A stretch of 63,315 nucleotides of DNA, taken from Seison nebaliae (taxonomy: Eukaryota). The position numbers and the translations under genes are program-made. Positions 1 through 14,488 of this stretch are shown piece by piece. Under the pieces are notes generated by a model that saw nothing but the letters and a program-made list of their open reading frames with translations, was not told where the DNA came from and did not search any database. Positions within the stretch are counted from its first letter, which is position 1; the number at the start of each line of letters is the position of its first letter. The DNA lies in NCBI GenBank assembly GCA_023231475.1, contig JALJEE010002763.1, positions 1 to 63,315 of the forward strand, written 5' to 3'.

Positions 1-139
1 AAGGTCCTGTAAAGAAAGTGATGAGAGACGAGTATAAAAGAAAGAAGATTATTGGAAGAAGGGATTCCTTTTTGCTTTTATTTTGTCGTTTGATTCATTT
101 TGGAGAATTTAATAAACTGTGGTCGAGGAACACGTTACA
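1..139 (+). mobile_element. Possible 3' half of an LTR (solo or terminal), truncated by the window edge
   Basis: TATAAAAG near 33, AATAAA at 111 and an end in ...CACGTTACA (CA at 138-139), in the order expected for an LTR 3' part. No internal retroelement ORF or second copy is seen. Confidence 0.2.
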
Positions 140-1881
140 ATCGTCATGACGATTTACTTTACATACATACGATCTCATACTTTACTTTAAGATTAAAATT
201 TTAAAATAACTGTACTTTTTAAACTTTGGCTTTAATGTTCTGAACAAAATTTATCGTACGGCAAATGTTGCAAATCGTAGATCAAATTTTGAATGCTAAA
301 TGTGATTGAATGAAAATTCTATCTTTTACCCCCGTCCATATAGTAAATTGAAAATTAACTTAAACTTAATTTAAAATTGAATCCGAAACTTGACTCCTTG
401 TTTATCTTTTCAACGAAACGAATATTTTAGAGATTGTGCCTGTGTTACTAATTTTATTTTGGATCATTCAATTAGTAATGTTTTTTAAAATTCAATATAA
501 GTTGAAATGATTATATCGCTAAATTAATCTAGGTAAATCAAAGTAAAAAAATCAATATTTTTTTAGGAGTAGATATTAATTTAAAGAAAATTTTCAAGGT
601 TGTCATTCTTTGGACCAATTTCCGAATTGTCCAAGGAATTAAAAGAAGGAAATATAGTTTAAAGCAAATACATTTATTGAGTAATGGAAAACGGAAATCT
701 AATACTCTGATAGGATTGGTTAGTGTCCATTAAAATTGAATTGATATGTTTCGTTGGAGATATTTTCCGACTTACCGATAACTTCAGTTTGCTTTACATC
801 TCTTCGCGCCTTTGAGAGGGAATATAATCTTGTAGCTAATTAATGTAGGTGCATACATGTTAAGTCGATAATGTTGAAAGAGAGAACATATATCCACCCA
901 CATTTCCTATTTTCACAGAAATTTCTTGAGATATATATTTTAATATTTTAAACTTTATGCAAAATAGAAAGGAAATATGATGTACCAATCGACCATTCGT
1001 TTCCAATAAGAATTCGAAGAAGTTAGATGAAAAAGACCTTAAGAGATGAATTATAGCTCTAAATTTATGAATGGACTTCTTATTAATATTAGATGGGCAT
1101 TATGCATGAGATTCGATTGCGATGCAACATAAATATATACAATCTAACGTCACACAAAGGCCTAACATCCTTGCTAGGTTTCCATACATATCTTCTGAGA
1201 GGATAATGATAGGATGATATATATAACCACTTGACTCTTTTATCGCTTTTAATTTTCAAAATTAAATTATTTCATTCTACACAATTTTCATCGAATCAAC
1301 CGAAATTTTCTTGTACATGAGAGAAAAACTCATCATGATGTTCAGCACAAATTAAATTTTTTTGTATAATTTCCGTCGTACGTTCTTGTTCACTCCAATA
1401 TGCAGGAATGGAAATATATATAAATAAACACATGCCTCATTATTTAAATAATTCTATATGTATCCAATATGCAATTACATACAACATACTCTTATCTAAT
1501 AAATATTGTGCAGTTCGTTTTGTTTCGTGCATTGATGGTGACGAAAATTTTCTTTCTTTCATTCATCTCTTTTCATCAAACGAAATTTTTTCGGTTATTT
1601 CTTTCGTAGAAATTCTTAGAATAGCTTTCATCGAAATACTCCATCAAACGAATGTTTCCTAGAGAGAAAAATAAACTGAAATAAATGATGTTTCGACACT
1701 TCTTCCGATGTCCTACCACGCAGGTAGATAGGTAGAATAACAAATTCGAAAGATTTCTTATTTCTCAGATCATTATCGATTTCTTATTATTTTCTAATTT
1801 ATAATCCAATCTTTCTTAGAGAATACCATGAAATTAGCAAATAGAATGTGTTAAAATTAAAAGAATATTCTCTTCTTCACC

Positions 1882-4713
1882 ATGACAAGTTTAGGCAAGG
1901 GCATATTCTTCCTTATCGAACTGTCGCTGCTCCTCTCCATTTCTATTGTGAAGTGTACGAATAATTTCGAAGAATTGGATGAACATGCTCTTGATGCTTT
2001 GTTGAAAAATCACCGCCTACGTGATGCAGATAATAACATTCCAGGTGTCTACACTGGTAACTGGTTAATTGAGTTACATCCTGATTCGTCAACAACCCCC
2101 CAAGACCTATCAATGAAACATGGTATCCAATTATTTAGACCGGTTATTTAAAATTTTCTCGATTTATCTTTAACATTATCAATTTTCATCTTTAAATCAG
2201 GTGACTGGAATCAAACACCAATATGAATTTGTTGATCCACAACACAAAACATTCGTGAAGAATAAAAACATTCAATTACTTAAGAAACTTCGCCGTGACC
2301 CTTCAGTTATCCATCTTATTATGGAAATGATAATTTCTTATTTCGTTTGCAGGTAAGACGAGTTGTCCAACAAAGAGGATATCCTCGATCTAAACGAGGA
2401 TATATTAGTGTTGATGAATTGAAAAAGAAATTTTATTCGATTATGCCGAAAGATCCCGATTTTAAACATCAGTGGTATCTGGTTCCATATTTAACGTTCT
2501 TATAATTTCATCTGACGGTCTTCATAGTTGAATGATGGACAAGCGAAGGGATTACCCCGTCTTGATCTGAATGTGGTGCAAGCATGGGCTCTCGGTTATA
2601 CAGGAAAAAATGTGACTACAGCTATTATGGATGACGGAGTTGATTATACACATCCCGATTTACGCGACAATTTTGTTAGCGTTGTAAATTTGTTTTCGTA
2701 AATGTATTCTTATTAGAATGCCGATGCCAGTTATGATTTTAGTAGTGGTGATCCATTTCCTTATCCTCGATATACTGACGATTGGTTCAATAGTCATGGT
2801 ACTCGGTGTGCTGGTGAAGTAGCTGCTGCTCGTGGAAATAATATTTGTGGAGTTGGAGTGGCATATGACTCGAAAATTGCAGGTTCATCTCTCCAATGAT
2901 GAAATAGAATGAATATAAATCGTTTTCAGGAATTCGTATGTTAGATCAACCTTATATGACAGATTTGATTGAAGCAAATTCAATGGGTCATGAACCACAA
3001 CTCATCGATATTTATTCAGCTTCATGGGGTCCAACCGATGACGGCAAGACTGTAGATGGCCCGAGAGCGGAAACCATGCGAGCAATTGTTCGTGGAATAA
3101 ATGAAGTTAATTATTAAACTTCTCCATCAAACTGAAATTATTTTATCTTTTAGGGACGAAAAGGTTTAGGCTCAATTTATGTTTGGGCTAGTGGCGATGG
3201 TGGAGAGAATGATGATTGTAATTGTGATGGGTTTCTTTAATTATTATCTTATTTAATAAATGATTGTCATAATTATCTTATTTCAATATTCATTCTCTAA
3301 CACAGATATGCCGCATCGATGTGGACGGTTAGCATCAATTCTGCCATCAATGATGGACGTACAGCATTGTATGATGAATCATGTTCATCGACTTTGGCTT
3401 CCACCTTCTCAAACGGAAGATCAACAAATCCGGAAGCTGGTGTTGCAACAACTGATTTGTATGGAAATTGTACTTTGAAACATTCGGGAACGTCTGCCGC
3501 TGCTCCAGAAGCAGCCGGTATTTTCGCTCTAGCTTTGGAAGCGAAGTTCGCTCATTTATTTTCTACGATTATTCTAATAAATTTCCAGTCCAAAATTAAC
3601 TTGGAGAGATATTCAACATCTTACCGTTCTCACAGCTAAACGAAATCAATTATATGATCCCACCAAACGATATTCTTGGCATGTCAATGGAGCAGGTTTT
3701 TCTTCCTTTGAATAATTTCTACTTTATGAACTTCTTGAAAAAAGGTTTGGAGTTTAATCATTTGTTCGGTTATGGAGTACTCGATGCTGGCGATATGGTT
3801 AGACATGCTAAAACATGGAAACCATTACCGAATCGTTCTCATTGTCAAGCTGGTAGTATTCACAAGAGACTGTTCAACTTTTTCTTCTCTCAATTTCTTT
3901 TTCAACTTTTCCTTATTTACTTTTTAGTCCAATTCCAAAAAATGGAAATCTAACATTACATATCAATACAACGGCTTGTAAAGGTTTCGAGAATGAAGTA
4001 AATTATTTAGAACATGTTCAAGCGTATGTCACTTTGAAATCACAACATCGGGGGAGTACCGTCATTTTTATTACGTCACCATTAGGAACGAAGTTGGAGA
4101 AAATTAATAATTTTTCCTAATTCTCTCTTTTTTTAGATCGTTAATTCTGTCAAAACGACCATTAGATGATGATTCAAAAGTTGGATTTCTTAAGTGGCCG
4201 TTCATGACAACTCATACTTGGGCTGAAAGAGCACCAGGTACATGGACATTAGAGATAATGGTAGAAATCGAATCAGCCAATGTGAAAACTGAACAACAAT
4301 TTAGAAAGTTGAAAGGTAAAAAGTATGATGACAAGAGTGCCACCCGTAGAAAACGAACAAAACGATTTGCTGATGCGAATGATTCGTCGAATGATTCGTT
4401 GAATAATCAAGAACAATCAAATGATAATGAGACTTATAATAATGAGGAGAATGGAGAGTTCTTAGAATGGATCTTATTTTTACATGGAACAAAGTTAGTG
4501 GAAATTTGTTTATCTTAAAAATATTACAAATATATAAATTCTAGAGAACAATTATACAACAACCAAACGCCGTTAGCACAACAAACCAAATTAAGTGTAG
4601 CAAAAAAAATCCACGAAGCGAATTTTGCGCCTGACACTTCGGAAAGAGTCGTGAGCGCACTGAAACGTGGAGATCATCAGACACGCATTGGTGGCGATTT
4701 ACAAGCAGATTGA
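1882..4713 (+). CDS. PCSK2: Neuroendocrine/prohormone convertase 2 (subtilisin-like S8 + P domain), 13 exons
   Basis: The spliced frame gives a signal peptide, the pro-domain cleavage site RSKR, catalytic motifs AIMDDGVDY, NSHGTRCAGE and HSGTSAAAP, the PC2-specific oxyanion Asp (WASGDGG) and a P domain (LEHVQ...WPFMTTHTWAE). Introns: 2143-2200, 2306-2352, 2482-2527, 2675-2716, 2883-2929, 3106-3153, 3231-3305, 3546-3588, 3696-3744, 3872-3927, 4093-4136, 4494-4544. Stop TGA at 4711-4713. Confidence 0.96.
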
Positions 4714-7700
4714 GTCGATTGAAATGATTAATGTTCCATTGACACTCATATTTCCGAATGAATTGCCGTTGACTATATGGTCGATGTAAATGAAATTGTC
4801 TTTCTCAAACAATCTTCACCAACTAAAAATTTCCCTAAAACTTTTCACTTAAGAATTCATTTACGTAACTACCGGTTTTCTTCTCATGATATTTCCCTTC
4901 AGACAGCTATTTTATTTCATTTTAATTGTGATGTGAAAAAAAGAAGATGACCAATATTTCCTAATCATTTATTCCAATAACCATATTTTGACGTGTTCCT
5001 TAAAATTCAATAGAAGAATCATCTTGCATACTCAGAAAAAACTATTCCGCTCAAACATTTCTATTTCAAATAATACGTAAATGTTATTGTGGCTAATTTC
5101 GAAGTTGAGGAATTTTTTAAAAATAACTTTTTTAAGAATTCTTTAATAAAAAATTAATATTTCCTTCAAATCTAAGTATCAAATTTTTTTTGGAGAACTC
5201 ATTCTATTGTTCTATAACTAAACATTTGTTAATTCTGTCCATACAGTTATAGTATCCCCCACCAAAATTAATTCAGTCCAAATTAATTATTAAAAAATCA
5301 TTGTAACAAATTATAAAATTATCAAATTTAAAAATTATAATTTTATCCGGTATACTTCTGGGTTTGTGTATTTATGTTATTTATTGTTGTTGAATGATAC
5401 ATTTTATGTACAGTAATAATATTTCATTGCACATTCAACATATGTTACATTCAAGAACATCATCATTAATTTTAATTAATTAATAAGAACTGTCAATCTG
5501 GAAAGTCTCTGTGAAGGATGATTCCATTCAATATCGAACAACAATATATTAGTTAATATAATTCGTATGGTTTGGGGATAAAGTTATATTTCTATCTATA
5601 TTCAAAATATAAGAAAAGTTTTTCGAATTTTTGATATGGAAAAAAGATATGTAAAATTTATTCTCCACATTCTCCGCATTAGTACAACGGATAAATGTCA
5701 CTAGAGAAATGTCACATAGCGAAAAATTGGGATTCCATTGACAGATCAGTTATATGTGAAGGACCATAATATTTACATATCTCTTTCGTCATTTCAGCGT
5801 ATTATGGCTTCGGTCCATTCCCATATAATTCAATCATCGTTCCATGAGCACATTATCTTGATTAATTGTTTAATCTGATTTCTTACTATATTTTAATCTT
5901 CTCCACATCATATCTGATTGATCGTCCTTCTTTAGTTTATTTTTATTATTATTCTACGATTAAAACATTATATTGTCGCACAATTGGCTTTATGACGAAA
6001 AATAGATTTGTCATAAAATTTTTATGTTTCATAATCTATCGTCTCTTTTACATGTGGTGCTTAATTAAGAACTGATATGTCAAAGAAAACATGATCAGAT
6101 AGATATCATATTGATACGTATCTAGATGGAACATGTATCATCATTTAGTATTTTGTTGAAAGTGTTTGAGAACGTGGGTCATTTCAAAAACTTGTCAGTT
6201 CCCATCACCGTCAAACATAATGATAATTTCATTATTTCGATGAAAAACCATGGTTTAATAGGATAATGATGATAGATGATGTTTTTAAACTCTAAAATAC
6301 TTTTAACCAGTTACTCCACCATATCTGTCAACAAAATGTTTATTCCGATTTTCGTTAAGATGAACAGCATTACAGTTTTCATTGAAATTAATAATTAAAA
6401 ATATGTTTCGATGGAATTGCCTTATTGGAAAACAAAGATCGTTAATGTTAGAGACAATTTAGATAAGAGCAACATAGTGCTCGAAAATATTTGCCATTCT
6501 TTCCAATAGCCATTATTATATTAAAATAATATCATCAATCATTCTTTTTAATTGATAGATATTATTCATTGTTAAGGAACGCAATTTATTGGTCTCAATT
6601 CGATGGAACAGTGGTGATGTTTCGATTCTCTATTCAAAGATATCATGTTCTTCCAATTAATTTTTCAAAGACCTAAAAGTAACATACTAAATTGATTGTT
6701 ATCTTTTGCTTCTACTTCTCACAAACTGTCTGCTCAATCATCAATTTAGACGAGAAAAAGATGGGGAGCGATAACAATTATCTAATAGTTGATTGAATAT
6801 TTACCTGAGATCATTATTATTTTCCTTCCGATAATTTCGTGAATTTATGAAGTAGGAGACAGAAAGTCGTAGATGGATTGAGAGAATAAATATGATGGTC
6901 CAGTTAATAAATTATCATTAATTATATTCATTAGCTATCCAGTAAAAATGAAATGGAACGTACACAATTATACTTCATCTTCTGTTTGATTAGTTTAGTG
7001 ATGAAGGAACAGCGAACATATAAGAATGGGAAGACTCAACCAATTGATTTAGGAGTCGGTGCATTCTTATCTTTGACGTTTATGTGTATTTGTGTGTTCC
7101 TCTCTGCGTTTTCGTGCGTCCTTTTCTGCGAGTGTGTGAGGGAAATTGGAGGAAATGTTGATATTTTTCTGATTAAAATTTTTGGAGTTATGATAAATGG
7201 TTAGAATAGATAAAGGATAGAATGTAAATAGATATTTGGGAGTTTTATCATCACAACAATTTCTCATTGAAAAATAACTAGCTTTGGGAGAATACCTATC
7301 ATATTCGTCATTCCATTTTCTTGAAGATGAAAATGTTCTAGATGTAATAAATTCTTAATTTATTCCCAATGCAATTGAGAATTAATCAACCATTTTTCAT
7401 GTAATTATATTATATGTGCATACTCTCCCAATGATGAGGCTGTTCTTCCAAAATTGTTCTGATATATCTGTTTACTTATGTTACTTAACTTTCTTCTTCA
7501 AGAATTTTCATTTCATTATTATCACATCATCCAAAAATCGTCGTCAATTGCGTAAGCCAAAGATTATTTGCATAAAAATGAATCTAACCTAATCTTCGTG
7601 TACATTCTCGTCGGCTTTAATTCATTAGAAATTTTCAACTTTCAAATTTTACTACTTACCTCGTCAATTCAGTGTGAGAGAAGATGCATATCGTAAATAA

Positions 7701-10700
7701 CAGAAATTTATCATCTTCCCTCGAATGGAACCGTCTGCTCAGCTTATGAAAAACAAATATTAGTATTCATCTTATTTTTTTCCATTATTCCCACGGAATA
7801 TTTTCATGAATTCATTCAGTCTCAACCAAACACAAATTCTAATCCGAGACCTATTCATAATGATTTAATTTGAGAGACAACACTCTTCTTCCCCATTCCT
7901 CATTCCATGAGAACGATGAGATATTCCACTACAATTCCATTATGAACATTTCGTCTCGTCAAATTGAGCATCAGTAATTCCTCCTTCAAAATAGACAGTA
8001 AAGCGACTCTTCCTCCCAATCTCATCTTAATAGGAATAATTCTCAATCATTTCAACACCATTTCGTGTAGTCAGTTCAAGTATTTTTTACGAAGCGTCGA
8101 CTTTGCTAAATAAACTTAAAAATAAAAAGGCGAATAATGTTAAGAGGAAGGCAAGAATGTTGTTTTATTGGGGTGCAAGATTTGCGCATAAACATTGTCT
8201 TTATGCATAAAAAAACAGACAGATTAATAGTGTACGAGTTGTCCGTTGTGTCATCAATTTCCATGAGAATATGATGAATTGAATTCTATAGATTTTTATT
8301 TGTATATTATCATTCCATTATATCTGAGAATTGTCGTGGGAAAGATAAGAAAAATGAGAAAATTGATTAACTTTCATTTCGAATTACATAAACTTGTTTA
8401 TACAATATATTTACTCTTATGCTCTTCCAATGGACGAATAAAACGAACATTAACATTCTTCTTAATCTGATGTGCTTCCATCAAATGACATTGATGTAAC
8501 ATTAATTCTTCTGCCTATCTGGCAGTGTTTTTCGAAAAAATATTTATTAACAATTTTTATGATATTCCTTCACTTTTACTCGAATCAAAGAGTTAAGTTA
8601 AATACTAATATTACTTAAACGATTTTCTTCCAGAAAAATAAACAAATAATAATCTGATGATAATACTATCGAAATAAGAAATTCTCACCATCTAATCTTT
8701 CCTAACGTAATGATTTCCGTTCATTGCCGATAATTTAATAAATTCTAAAATACTCTCCAGCCATTCCACCATTCCACTCACATTCGACCACTATTCCCAG
8801 TAAGTCTTTGTCGTGATTATTGGGTAAATGCGATGATCCTCAATCACATTCTTACGATCAGCACAAAAAGTAATTGAATGTGCATATTTTGTGCAGCAAA
8901 AGAAATTGATGAATGTAACCGAAATTATGTTTATTTGTAGTGGAAATAAATAATGTGATTTAATTTGAAGATCAACGATTGAACACCTTTATATTCTAAA
9001 AAGGTTCTCTTACTTTCGGAACTGTAACAATTTGCTTTGTACCTTTCTTCCGTATATTCAAATATTCTTCTGATTTTCCTCATTTCCGTCGTCCTATTCA
9101 CGATATGTCCATTTTCGTGCGAGAAAATTACACTGGAAGACACCAATCGTAATTGCTCGTCATGCAACAACGATTTTTCCATTAGAATTATATAATAGAT
9201 AAAATTCATTTTAATAATTCTTCAATTTTCTTTTCTTTAATTTTGACAAGAAAAATTCTATTACAGTATCATTCGCTTTATCGGACATTTCTCTCATTCC
9301 TTCTACATTTTCATATTAAAAGATCTGAGTATAATCTAATCAGTGAGTAGACAGCCAAATTCCGGTTTTCCTACCAAAATAAAAGACGGAATATATAATG
9401 TTCTTTAGAATTAACCAAGTACTGTCACGAATAAACAATGAATTGTAACTATGATAATGATTATTAAAAAATAATTCAGAAAAAAGAGAAATGGTTAATA
9501 ATTATGTCGAGATTTTTTTAATTGTACAAATCTTTTATTTACAGTTGTATCATGCTAAATATAATAGTGAATTTATGCATATCTGAAAATTGGAGCTAAA
9601 AGTACTTTAAGCCTAAAAGCAGCGGGTGGTAAATGTGATATACGTCATACGTGAGTTAAATATTCAGATTTCATTCCAATTAAAATCATTCATAGTAAGG
9701 TTACCTGAAAACGAATTGCAATTGTCTAATTTTCGTTTCATAAATTATTTATTCAATAATATTTATTATTACTAACTTAATGTTTTCCATGGGAAAGAAT
9801 CAGTAAATTTTCAGAACTTTACTTCATTTCATTGAAAGTAGAAATCGAAGCATGCTTCCCATTGTATTCATAAACCTTCATATCCAAATATCGACATTTT
9901 CTCACATGTCGACATAATATGTGGAAATATCCAGTTTTTCTCCTCAAACTAGTCGGAAATGTACTTTAACTTAAAAATAGTCCCGGTAAGTAGAATATCA
10001 AATTCATTTGACATCATTACACTCTAAGATTTAGTTTTTTATTTAACAACCTCGTTTTTTTGAACTTATTTTTTTAAATTTTTATGGAAATCAATCTGTT
10101 CGAGATTTCCCTCGTAATCAAAATTGGAAAATGTTTGAAGATGAATATTTAAGAACGAATTTTGCATTTTCATCCCCCCGAAGTTAGGACTATTAGAAAG
10201 AGCCTGAATAGGGCTATCTAACGATATACTCCTTTACGCATATAATGTTATTTGAAGAAAGTTATAAGCAGTAAAAAAAATCGAATTTTGTCCGATTACT
10301 TTCGAATAGAGCTGTATTAGTGTAGCTGCATTCGACGATTTCGTACGACAACTTTCTAATCAGCGAAAATAAAACAAACTTAAATGACCATTTTCCTTCC
10401 CACTTAATTTAGCATTTCTTTGTTTGTTCTTTGTTTCAATACAAATTGTTATTCAAATATATATTTATATTTTATTTTTCAAATATGTGTCAACAATGTG
10501 TTTTTGATAACTTCCTAGAAAAATCGAAATTTGCGACATCTAGAAATTATCCATTTTATATGTGATTTTCCGTCAACATTTCTGTTTAAATTCCGTTAGT
10601 AAATTGAGCGACAATTCAGGAAATTCTTTCAACGATTTGTTTTTATTGAATCATTTCGTTCCATTCAGTTGAATGTTGAAATTAATTTCACGGTTAACCA

Positions 10701-12324
10701 TGTATGATATTGCGATGATGGAATTTTACATTCCAATTTTCTCCTTGTTAGAGGAATCAATCATAAATGTTTAGTTCATACTTTTTCCCAGAAAACGAAT
10801 GGACTTTAAACATTTTTAATTTTATGCTCTTCACAATTAGTTCGCACAATGGAACTAATTGTTTGGGGGAGTAGCAGTGGAAGAAGAAAAGAATCAAGTG
10901 AAAATCGAAGGAACTTGTGCTACAATTGAAAGTGGCATTTCTACATTCGAATGCATGGTACAAACGATTTAAATGAAATTGCATCACGTATAATTGTGGG
11001 CTTTATTATTTTTCATTAGATTTACACTACTTCGTAGTCTCAAACGTTAATTATACTTTCATTTATGTTGATTGATGATCGAATAGAACGACATTTCTAT
11101 TTTTCTTATCTGCCAATTGCGATATAATGTAAAATATTTCCCGTCAAAGATAATGATATTATCATTAGGAATATTCTTTAACAAGAATGAATGCTCATGT
11201 TGTTCGATGATTTACGAAGGAAATGTTTAGAAATGCTTAGTTTATTATCAACTATTTGGGAAGTTAGTCATTAATTTATTCAGTACTAAAACATTATTTA
11301 TTAATCGTTTCCTTTTCTATCCGAATCATTTCCATTTCTATCCACATTGGGCAACTCGCTCCTTATTAAAATTAGCGTAACTGAATAAGTGAATGTTGGG
11401 AAGATGAAATTGTCTAGAATGAATCATTCCGAATGATAATATAAGTTAATGTCCTTTAAATGTTTATTCGATTTGGCCCGTTATCTTCACAATCTAATTA
11501 TCCAGATTTGATATAATTTCTTATACTGATACGTGTTTGTTAAACAAATAAACTTTAAAAAATTTTTCGAATGGAAAATGAGATATTTGAATTTCAATAA
11601 ATATATGAAATATCATTCATTGAGTAAGAATGATTAAAAGATTCAATCAGATCTTAGAATGGAAATGAAAAATTAAAGATCTTTCTGATCATTTCAATTT
11701 GACAGAATGGACCAAATTAATCGTGAACAAAAGATCGGATAGTTCAATTGAATGTATGTCCATTTGATTACGATGTTCAATGGAATGTATTCAGAAGGTC
11801 TGACTCTAGAGAGTGTGTTAGGGCATCAAATCTTTTTGTAAGGACAAAAATTATGAACCGCTCACATGAAAAATTGATCTGTATTCGATGAGAGACTCGG
11901 TTAGATAACTGACAATTTGAGGAATTATAATAGTATTATGTTTGGCTATGTAAAGGAGGTTGGATGATTCTTCTCTTTCGCAATCAACAAATTTCATTTT
12001 TCCTCAATAATTAATTGTATGTGCTCAATTAATTTACCTTTTATTCATTTTCATCTTCATTTCCTTTATATTGTCAAATGCAACTGACATTATTCTCCGT
12101 TACTACCAGAGGATATGTAATTGAATTATCGTTTCACAGCTACTGTTGATATGACAGAAACATTCGATAGTGAACACAATTATATATTTGCCTTTTATTC
12201 ATCTTCCTTTCTGTTACTACGATTGAATTGAGAATCGGGACTGAAATATTCATCACCATACTATTCGACGTCGATACTATCCGTTTTCCATTAGGAAGAA
12301 GATAAATGTGTTAGTGGACCAAAC

Positions 12325-14347
12325 ATGACACGACAATGGACTTGCCATGACTTCACATCATTATCACATGTCACCTTAGAAGATGAGTTCAGAACAATTA
12401 TCTCTAATCCATTTCAACAATCACTCGATTCATCCAGACCGTTGAGATATCGACGTCAGTTTATGTCATACAGTTCCGTTTTCTTTAATGGGAAAATTCA
12501 TTTAAGAAATTCATCGTTTTTAGCTCCTGAGTTACATCCGCCATATAACGAATTGTTGAGAATTGATGAAGATGATGCAAACTTTCCATTTTATCGAAAT
12601 CGGAATTTCCGAACAAAATATGTGATTATGGATGAAGTTCCAGGTCAATCGATTTTCGGTATTGGAGTCGTTCCAGAATTGGAGCGATTTATGCGTATTA
12701 TTTTCGGATTTATTAGTCCAATCGTCATAATTATCTCGTTGGTATTCAATGTGTTCAATATGATTGTTTTGACGAGACCAAAAATGAGTTCACCAACAAA
12801 TGCATTACTAAGTGGAATTGCTTGTTTCGATACTGGAATGGCATTGTCATCTCTACCTGTTCTATTAAAACTTTACACTTATTCAAGATTCGACAAAGTT
12901 TTACTACCTTGGAACTTCTGTTATGCCTATGCCGTTCTCTATGGTTTCTTACCACAAGCATTCCATATATCTAGTATTTATGCGTCATCAGTGATGGCAT
13001 TTCAACGATTCATCTTTATCGTCTTTCCCAATTCGAAATGTGCTAAATTTATGGGAATTAAAATAAGTTTTTATTTTCATTCTTTAAATTTTCAAATTAA
13101 TCCAATTTCTAATTGGTTGTAGCTACGCAAAAGTTGAAGAGGATCCCAAATTCGAATGATAAAGGAAATCAGTCAAAGAGTTCCATGTCTTGTTGTATTC
13201 CGTTGTCGCGTAACAATAAAATGCATCGACGAGCGATGAATCACATCTATATTCTATTACTATGTTGTTTCGTGGTTGGATGTATTATCGCATCGACATA
13301 TCTATTCCAAACAGGAAAATTAAATAAAATCGTTTGTTTCTCAAATGAAACGGATTTCTCTTTCATCAAATCGGAAGGTATCATCTACAATGTCAACAAT
13401 TATAATTCAACCAACTTCTTTAAAACACAGCCATACATCTTGTCGAAGAATGGAATATCTAATTCTCATTTAACACTCATCGATACAAAAACGTTCGAAC
13501 GGAAAAAACTGTTGACATATCTCAGTTGTAAATATAATCCCCTCATTCATTCGTCATCAATCGGTTCGTTATTCTTAGCGAAAATGGTCTTATCCCAATT
13601 TCTCCCGATGATTTTCCTTCTCATATTTAATTCAATTTTGATAAAACATCTCAACAAAGCTGAACAACGTAAAGTTCGTCTCTACAATGCATCGACGATC
13701 AGTCGACGACTTCCCAATAATGCTGAATCTCATCCTTCAAATGATTTAGATAGTATCGATCTGAAACCGATTAAGGATACACATCTGGAATCTGTTGAGA
13801 GTGAACTCATCTCTCATCGAAATGGCTCCGTCATCATTACATCGACATCCATCGATAAGCAACTTTCGAAAAAATTTGAGAAGAATAAAATTTTGGATAA
13901 TCTCAAAACGAGGAAAATATCGTTCAAAAAGAAGAAATTCAATACTCATATCCAATATCCAACTCAGCGAGGTAGACATTCGGTGTCTAAAGCACAAAAC
14001 AACAGTCGAAATACAACACTCATGTTAGTGGTTGTATTAACAACAATTCTGATTGTGGAAATACCAATCGGATTGTGGTTTTTTCTCTCTGTTAGTAATT
14101 TTGAAATATTATCGAAACTTGATTCATTAATAAATCATTTCAGTTCATTAATCACACATTTCGTCTCGATCTCTTCACTGTCAAATCGGAGAACATATTC
14201 GCTGCGTTATCTAACTCTTATCTAATAATATCTTATCCATTAAATTTTATAATTTATTGTCGAATGTCAAAAATGTTCCGTCGGACATTCCACGAACTAT
14301 TAGGCGATATGAAAAAGCGTATTCTATTAATGTTCAGTTTCTTATAA
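12325..14347 (+). CDS. Rhodopsin-class peptide GPCR, sex-peptide/MIP/FMRFamide-receptor-like
   Basis: TM1-2 'FNMIVLTRPKMSSPTNALLSGIACFD', TM3 'MAFQRFIFI', TM6 'TTLMLVVVL...VEIP' and TM7 'SYPLNFIIYCRMSKMFRRTF'. Introns 13067-13122 and 14091-14143. The 3' end is uncertain (a further small intron after ~14331 is possible). Confidence 0.85.
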
Positions 14348-14488
14348 ATAAATTTTCTTAACTTCCAACAACTAAGAATGTTGTAAGAATGTTGTGAAAG
14401 CTAAACAATGCAATTCTTCTCAAATTCAATAACCGATCTTTCGCATTGAATTGTCTTTTCACTTTAAATAAATAAAATTGCCATAATT

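Noticed and set aside
4049..4057. Loss of the P-domain RGD in PC2 (RGS)
   Set aside because: The change is real, but as I recall RGD is also altered in some other invertebrate PC2 enzymes, so it is not distinctive.
7652..7700. U1 snRNA (TACTTACCT match)
   Set aside because: The similarity stops after about 9 nt, with no U1 stem-loops or Sm site recognisable. No snRNA or spliced-leader gene was identified in the window.
8700..9209. Possible gene or pseudogene on the minus strand
   Set aside because: The short frames are interrupted by stops, with no recognisable motif or consistent intron chain.
1882..14347. PC2 plus peptide GPCR as a functional neuropeptide cluster
   Set aside because: The only evidence is adjacency across 7.6 kb, and no neuropeptide precursor was found between them.
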